Assembly (NCBI RefSeq): GCF_018977255.1
Contig: NW_024704743.1
Span: 113,400,001-113,464,000 of the forward strand
Reading direction: 5' to 3'
Source: Callorhinchus milii
Lineage: Eukaryota
DNA: 64,000 nucleotides
The notes beneath the pieces were generated by a model, which was not told the DNA's origin, did no database searches, and saw only the letters and a program-made list of their open reading frames with translations. The position numbers and the translations under genes were made by a program. The stretch's first letter is position 1. Each line of letters starts with the position of its first letter. This document shows positions 52,301 to 61,300 of the stretch, piece by piece.

Positions 52301-55300
52301 AGAGATCCTAATGTGCAGTACGTACAGAAAGAATACTGTACTTTATTAAAAGATTATAAAGATGTTAAGCTACAAAAGGGCAGATGTTGGTGCTGGTAGG
52401 TGGGGGGGGGGGGGGGGGGGTGGGGGAGAGGGGGTAACATATCAAAAAAGTAAGCAGTAAAGTAATACTTAAAAGGTTGTCAATCGTCTTCTTTATCTCA
52501 TGAATGGTCCTCAGAGGTTTGGAGACTAAGCTTGTCTAGGTCCCAAAGGATTCCTACACCTCTCCTTCCCCAAGCATGGCAAAGACAGACAGAGAGCTTT
52601 CCGCTTAATTTTGTGTGTCGAGTGAGACATCCTCTCTCTTGTGTGTTTCACGTGGTGAGATTCACTGGTAATCTTGAAGTTGACTTTACTCTGGAACAGA
52701 ACCAGTGTTTACACAATTAAGTTGCTCTGTGTTTCTTTTTAAAAATATTCTTAAAACTTTCCATATCAATCTGAATGAAATTTGCCAAATTGTAATAGAT
52801 ATCATCTAACATATACCTTTTCTGTTGATTCCAGTATCTGAATAATTAAGTGAATGGTTCATTGTTATAACACAACCCAGACCTTCCTCGTACTTTACTT
52901 ACTGATTTTAGTCATTCATATGCAGTGCTGGCTCTGTTTGAACATATTTCCGTAGAAAATTACATTTTAAAACAAGTGCGTGAAGGATTTCTTGAAAATG
53001 TTAATTAACTTAAAAAAATTATTTCTGTTTTAGGAAATAGAGCTTCTTTAAGAATCAAGTTCAGGATTATTTAATTAATTCTTGCACTTTTGATGGCATT
53101 GATTTATTCACATGTTGGTGATTGCATTTCTTTCGCACTGAACAAATTCTATTCTGAACAAGTGTCCTATTTGGAACATCTTGTATTGTTGTGAGGAACA
53201 TTTTATTCTATGGTTATTAAGTTTAAAGCTCAAATTCTCAAATTTGCTGGTGTAGACTATTGAATGATGCTGTGTGTTAGTGTTTAGTTATCACCTTTTG
53301 AGATAATTAACTCATAGTGACACAAAATGTTCTTTGAAATGTTGAATACTTTGATAGATAGAAAATTACTCATGTTGATAGACCAAATGATCACCTCTTA
53401 TACTGGGCTTTCTATGACTTCATTTAATTCTGTCATTGGCATTCCCCACTCTCTTTTGAAATCTTTGCATTTAGATTTTATGAAGCTATGTGTATCTTCG
53501 TTCATGGCTCTCCGATGGGTTGTCCAGTCCTGGAAATGATTGAGCACCTACCAGAATCTTTCAAAGTAAGCTACTCTATGTCATCATCATAAAAAATCAT
53601 AGAATCATAGATTTATACAGCACAAAAGGAGGCCGTTCGGCCCATCATGTCTGTGCCGGCTCTTTGAAAAGAGCTATCCAAATCAATCCCTCTCTCCCCA
53701 CAGCCCTACAAACTTGTTTTCTCCAAATGCAATGTGAAATGCTTAATCTTATTTAAATTGATTTTGAAAGATCATTCATCTAATTTTATTGGAGTGTTGT
53801 TATCCACCATTTATAATAATAAACTTTGCATTTGATATAGCGCCTTATCACGTCTTTGAGACATCTCAAAGAGCTTAACAGAATATACTGTAAAGTGAAT
53901 TGACTGTAGATTTTGTAGACGAAACGTGGCAGCGAATTGCGCACAGCACTGTCCCACAAACAGTTGTGGTTTGAGTGACCAATTCATTAGAATTACATTT
54001 GGGTGAAAATGCGAGATTTGCAAACAGGAAGTTGCTACTTATTTCTAAACAATATTGTGTGTTTTTACACTTATTGGGTTCAGTAGGTAGAGCACTCGCC
54101 TCGCAAGCGAGAGACCTGGGTTCGATTCCTGGCATGGCGAAACCTTGGGCAAGTTTCCTTACTCCACACGCCTGATAATAATCCCTCAAGAAAAAAAAAC
54201 ACAATAATAGAACCGGTCACTTCAATCCACGACTGTTTGTGGGATACTGCTGTGCGCAATTGGCTGCCATGTTTCGTCCACAAATATACAGTCAATTCAC
54301 TTTACAGTATATTCTGTGAAGCGCTTTGAGACGTCTAGAAGACGTGAAAAGCGCTATATCAAATGCAAGGATTATTATTATTATTGAGAAACTGAAATTT
54401 TAATGAAGCTTTTATGTTTCTTTCAAGGGGCTTTTAGACAAATGCATGAAAGAATCCTCGGAAGACAAGAAAAATATTAATTTCTCAGTAGGTATCCTTT
54501 CTGAATCTGTGATTTGCCTGGTATGTTGATAGCACATTCCTAACCTTTTATTGTTTATTATACAGATTGAGTATAATTTCAAATACTTACAGTGTCCAAT
54601 TAATTACCGGAAAATCATTAAAGGAGACAAATTGATTACCTACAAACCACTAACAACATTAAATGTAAGTTTGTTTTTCCACATTTAGGAGTGAAAATTG
54701 CAAAGTTTCAGATTACATTCAATGTAACAAACCTATGTGACTTTTGTATAATGGTTGGGTCTGAAGATTCTTGGGCTTCCGGTTATAGAGAGTGGAGAAT
54801 TTGTACAAATAAACAAACCAAATTGGATATGTATTCATACCGGGAGGACATCCCAGGGTGCTGGGCAATCAAGGGTTTGTACCTAGAAATAAGATATCTA
54901 CCAGTTGTGGTGGTGGTGGGAGGGGGGCTGGGTGGGTAGAACTGAGTTCTTTCAAGGCATTTGAAGACCGAGAGAACAACAGGATTGTAAACCCTGCCGC
55001 TTGAAATATTGGCTGCCTATGGTAGAACATGCTGAGATGCGTTGCCCACCGGGAAGCTTGCAGGGAGTTCCTTGTACTTACTATCCACTTAGTGAGGCTC
55101 AAATCTGCGCTTATCAGATGTCGAATGACCAACTAGTGATTGTCCTTCTGCGGTTGGGGTTTGCAGGGGGAAATAAGTGGGGTCTCCTTGATGAGCTGAA
55201 CTAGTTCCAGGGTGACGTGCCTGGCAATGGAATGTTGGAATCGAGCCGGGCCTCTGAGGCAGTCTCAGTAGTCCGGTTCCTGAGCCAGGTGGGTCTGCAG

Positions 55301-58300
55301 TATTTCAGGGCGCTGCTGGTGACAGCACAGGCTGATCGGCAAGACCTGAAATGGCAGACCAGTCACTGGGGGCAGGGGGTCATCCAACTCAGCTCCTGTT
55401 ATTAAGGGTAGTAAGGGATATGGGGCAAGAGCAGGTAATTGGACTTGAAGCGCCTTGAGCCTGTTCTGCCATTCTATAAGATCAGCCAGTGGCAATGGCA
55501 AGCTATGTGGTTTTTGCAAGTTAGACTTCAGCGGTATCCCAACACATACTCTGAGGTCCCCGAGCCTTGGCTCCTGCCAACCTGCGCTTAATACGTTCCG
55601 GTATTAGGTAAGCAGGATGCGTCCCTCCAGGGAGAGAGTGCGCATTCCATTCCAAAAATCTATCTCTGGGATTTCCAGGTGTACATGGGATGCATGGAAA
55701 TTTCAGCTTGGTTTGGATACTCTTAAGCATGGTGATGGATTTCCTCATTTGTCGGACACCCGGCTGATCACTGTGATGGGATTGCCACACTTGTCAGACA
55801 GCCAGAGACCAAAAAAAAAGAACAATGGAAGCCAGTCATTTTTTCTATTAACTATTAAAATTATTATTAGTGACTTGGGCCTGAAGTCTAGGATCCATTC
55901 GGAAGTGAACGATGCCTGGACCAGGGAGAGCATGAGTTTCATTTCATGCCGACTTGTTTCATGCTGTACTAAAAGGAGAGCTTGGAAGGATATTATGTAC
56001 CAAATATTCAATAAACAAAATAGATTAGAAGTCCTTCTGTGGACTAGAATTTATGATAGTACTGACCTCACCTCAAGGAAGATTAAAGAGAGTAGTGATC
56101 CAGGTCGCAAAGGAACAATCCATTCTCCGGGAAGGATGCACTGCCACCTATCGGCTGTTTATGCCACAAATTTCTAGTGCTGAGAAGGTTGTGAGTTCAA
56201 GTCTAGGCTGACCCACTAATGCATTACCGAGTATTGTATTGTTTGAAGTATCATCCTTTGGCTGATACAATAAACCAATGTCTTGCCTACCTGTCCTCAG
56301 GTGAATATTAAAGGACCCATGAGAGTATCGAAAAGAGTAGGGAGTTTGTCCTGGCCAACAATCGTACAGATTAAATATCATTAACCTTGTGGTTGTTTTG
56401 GGACCTTGCAACTGCACTATGGATTATATACTTGCATACGAAAAACAGTCACTATACAATACTTGGCAATAAATAATGTTAAAAAGCTTTTTGACATAAA
56501 ATACTATAAAAATGCTAATTCTTTATTATGTAATGGGTATAGAATCAGTTTGTTAAATCATTTCAATTCCTATGCTTTATAAAGTTTTCCATCTTTTTGT
56601 TTGTTTTTCAGGCTATGGTAAAATATAATCAAACAGAACTTCTAAATCATCCAGTCTGTAAAACGTACCTTCAAATGAAATGGTATGTAACTGCTTACAA
56701 TGTTTGTCTGACAAGGTGTGCTGGTATATTTGTCACATGTATGTTTGTGAGGTTATTGACTGAAATGTAACCATTGCTGAATCCAAATTATATGCTTATA
56801 TCTGATATACAGTACTCTTCCTACCATATATGGTAGTTGTTAGTTCCAAATTTATGTTCCTAATTTCCTTTTGCTTCAGAATCATAATTGTTTTTTTGGT
56901 CAGCTGGGTGTCGAACACATGTGAAAACCAATCCCATGCTTAATCCCAGTACCTTGGGACGTCCTCCCGATGTGAAAGGTGCTATACAAATGTAATTTGT
57001 TGTTGTTATTAAGAATATCCAAACCAAGCTGATAATTCCATGCATCCCACCTACACATGGAAATTCAAGAGATAGATTGTTGGAATGGAATATGCACTCC
57101 CTCCATGGAGGGACCATCCTGCTTACCTAATTCTAGAAAGCATTTGATGCAGATTGGCAGGAGCCAAGGCTTGGGGTCCCCAGAATGTGCACTGGAATAT
57201 TGCTGGAGTTTAACCAGCTAAAAACATATACCTTGCCATCGATAGCACTGTCTGGCAAGCTTTCCCGCTGGTTATTCAGCTGGGCTTTGGCTTGCAGGGT
57301 TAACAGGAACTGAGTGAGAGAATTCCCTACCCCCAGTGACTGGCCTGCTCTTCCAAATCCTGTAAATGAGCCCGGCTGGCTGTGCTGCCATCAGAAGTGC
57401 CTTGGAGTACTGCGTGGCTCAGAAACCAGATGACTGAGACCACCACAGAGCTCACAAGATTGTTTTGAATAAGAAAGATCTTTAGCCCTTTTGATCTCAT
57501 TCTTCCAGAATACCTACCCTACCAACCTCCATACAGGGGATATGGTGTCTAATATAGTGTCTAATAAGTCTTAAAAAATTATGATTTTTTTAGATAATAG
57601 GGTAGTTAGCAAGACTTTTTGGTCACCCTGTAGTCAAGCATTGTGACCTCAATCACACTTCTTGGTAAACGTGCTTCAGTCACTGATTGCCTTCTGGATA
57701 AACAAATGCTTCCTGGTCTCTGTCCTAAAATTGCCCTTTAACTTTGTTCTTTTATTAGGCGGGCATATGGAATTATGGCCCATGTGATCAACATGCTCCT
57801 CTATAGTGTGTTACTTCTGCCAATGACGGTCCTCATTTTGGTTGCACGGCCACATGGTGTCAACAGTCAATCACACATCCTGCTCAATGTCACTCAGACA
57901 GCAATTGGAACACAGACGGAAATTGAGGTCTGTTCATACAATGGATGCAAAAGCAGGGAGTGTTATTTTCACCATCTCACTTTGTCATGTGCTACCATGT
58001 GCTACAATATTTTAATATAAAAATGATGATTTACAGCTCAAGTGTACCATGTTACTTTATTGCTGCCTCACAGGAATGGCTGCCTAAAGCATAAGGTTTC
58101 TGTTAAGACAATTTTAATGCAATGATATCATGATTCCATGTCTATTCCCAATTCCCAGGTTGTGTGCACAGGTAGGGTTCTTTATGACTCCTTTAATTCA
58201 TTTTATCTCACTTGATGAGTGAAGACATGCTATGTCTCTTCTAAAATTCCTCTGCCCCATTCCTTCCTTCTCTGTTTTCTAAACCCATCTCTTTAATTGT

Positions 58301-61300
58301 GCCTTTGGTCACCTACCCTAAATCCTCCTCATCTCCCTCACAATTTTGGTTCCCACTCAAGCTTTGTGGAGCTTTTAAGGTATTCTCCTATGTAAAATAT
58401 ATGTAACTGTTTATCGTACTTTGCTATAAGAGCGTAAATTGTTGTTGTTGGATTTACTTTGTACAGTTTGTCAAAGTGAAACCATGTTTCATAAAATCAT
58501 GTTTAAACAAAGCTTTAAGTTTCTGAACACTTATCAATTACACATGGAAACAATAGATACGTGCGATGTTTATCAAACAGTTTCTGTATTTAAAACAATT
58601 CTCTCAAAGTGGAGTATTGAGTTCTAAACAAGTTATTAAGGAGATGGTTTAAACACACTATTTTAGCTCCAATTCCTATGCCATTCCTTAATTATCACCA
58701 GGAAAGAAACAAAATTGCTTTTCGGAATACCACAGTTTTGACCCCTGTATATTGTTTTGTTCAATATCTTTCTTAGGATATAATGATGTAAGTGGTATTG
58801 GACAAATGCTGAGTTTCAACTTGTAAACTGCTGTTTCTTCCACAGGAACATACAGTAGAGAAAATCTGTGCAACTATTGTATTTATCATGAGTGGGCTGG
58901 GAATATGCAAGGAGATTATTCAACTTTTTCAGCAGGTAAAATGCTGAAACGGGCAGGGCGAAACATTGGGCAAGTTTCCTTACTCCGCACACCTCTATTC
59001 ACCTAGCAGTATGTTGGAACCCGGTTGTTAGTCGATTGGTGGATCGCGTTTCCGGGGGTAATAATCCCTTCAAGTAAATAAATAAATAATAATAATAATT
59101 TGGTCACTCAATTGTCACGATTGTATGTGGAACGCTGCTGTCCCCACACATTATACAGGCAATTCACTTTACAGTATCCTCTGTGAAGCATGATAAGGCA
59201 CCATATCAAATGCAAGGATTATTATACTCTGTAGTACCCATGGTTGCAAACTCAGATCATACTGCAACATAAACTTTACATAAAATAATCCTACAGATTA
59301 TTAATTTATTCAGCAATTTATATCATCCTCCCATCATAGAGTCAAGCTATTTAGCCTCTGGGTAAAGACATTTCCTGGTATCTGTCCTGAAGTTCCCTTT
59401 GCAACCCTAAACTTATGTCCTCTTGTTCTGCTATCTTGGTACAGTATTGCTGTTGCATTACATTTTCAGTCCATTTTAAAAAAAAAAGGTTACACATCTC
59501 TATAAGAGCCCTATCTTGTATAAACATTGCTCAGAACAGGATTTGATAAATGCTCAGAAGCAGGTGGTGATGGGCAGGTCAGCAGACACCAGTCTGATCT
59601 GATTCAGATCAGATCCTCACTTGCTTGATATCTTTGAATGGCAGGATATAATAACTTTACAATTGTTCGTGTGATACTTCAAATGTTCCTGCAGAATTTC
59701 CCCTGATAACTGCTAATTTTTCATTGTTCTTTTGTGTTGTTATTAAGCGATGGCAGTACCTGGTTGATTCGTCCAATTTACTAGACTGGATTATTTACGT
59801 AATGTCCATTGTGTTTGTAACTCCCTGGGTGCTGGATATGTCAATTGCCTGGCAGTGGCAATGTGGCATTATTGCTGCATTGTCATCCTGGGTGAACTTC
59901 CTCTTGTTTCTACAAAGGTATTGTTAATTTGATTTTGATTGTTGTTATTTTATAGCCTAACGTGTACTCTATTTCTAGCAGGATAGAGAGGAAAATGTAA
60001 TATAATTTTGTACAGATGCTTACATTGTGAGAGCTCTTTCCTGCTGCAGTTGAGAACTGCAAGCCATTGGCTGGTTGGTTAATGTATGGTACTGAGATGC
60101 ACTCTATACCTATAGGTAAGTAGATCTGTGCACCATTTGAAATCTTATAATAATCCTTGTGTCACAAACTCTGGCCCCCAATTGCTCACCTCGGGCCCCT
60201 ACACAGATATTAACGATACAGGATTGAGAATCTGCTTAAAAAATAGAAGTCACAGTTCCAGTGTAATTTGGTGTTGTAATTACAAAGACTGAATCGCTTT
60301 GTGGTTTTCCACTGACTTTCAATTAACAGATCCACAGATACTCACCGAGATCACAGATTTAACAGTGCATCTTTGATACGAATGCTTTAAAAAAGAGGTT
60401 GACCATTATAATTGGGAGATGTTATTTTGGCTACAGTTTGAAACGTCTCGAGTCTCTCCCAGACCTTTCAAAAAGCAGACTTCCTGAGCAGTCCTTTGAG
60501 ATCACAGGAGGGCTGGCTTGATTCTGATGTTTATGTTGCCATACATGTTTGTTTTAAATATTGATTCTGTTCAATAAAGTACAATGCTTGTACAGTATTT
60601 TTGTAAATGCAATTTTTCTCAATGATCAAATCATATCATAAAAATCATTGAATCATAGAATATTACAGCGCAGAAGGAGGCCATTTGGCTATTCGGCCCA
60701 TCATGCCTGTGCGGGCTCTTTGGAAGAGTTACCCATTCAGTCCCACTCCCCTGCTCTTTCCCCATATCCTTTCAAATTTTTCCTTTTCAAATACCTATCC
60801 AATTCCCTTTTGAAAGTTATTATTGAATCTGTTTCCACCACCCTTTCAGGCAGTGCATTCCAGACCATAACAACTCTTTGTGTCCCCTCTGGTTCTTTTG
60901 CCAATTATCTTAAATCTATATCCCCTGGTCACCAATCCACCTGCCAGTGGAAACAGTTTTTCCCTATCTACTCTATCATAACCCCTCATAATTTTGAACA
61001 CCTCTATTAAATCTCCCCTTAACCTTCACTGCTTGAAGGAGAACAACCCCGCAATCCAAATGCTCAGCTCCCTGGAGAAGAGTTGAGACCTTAAGACAGC
61101 TAAGGAGTCCAGTAGCAAATTGGTTAGAGCACTCGCCTTGCAAGCGGGAGGACCTGGGATTGACTTCCGGTAGGGTGAAGCCTTGAGAAAGCTTCCTTAC
61201 TCCACACACCTCTGCTTACCTAGCAGTAAATAAGAACCCAGTTGTTAGTTGATTGGATGATCTCTTTCTGGAGGTAATAATCCCTTCAAACAACAACAAG

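Noticed and set aside
52402..52435. G19 run as a functional G-quadruplex
   Set aside because: Simple homopolymer of uncertain length with no supporting context.
54488..54497. Alternative exon 16 donor 4 nt downstream (GTAG|GTATCC)
   Set aside because: It would shift the frame, and GT at +5/+6 is part of the normal donor consensus.
55617..56177. 186-aa ORF in intron 17
   Set aside because: No recognisable domain; overlaps an interspersed repeat; no splice support.
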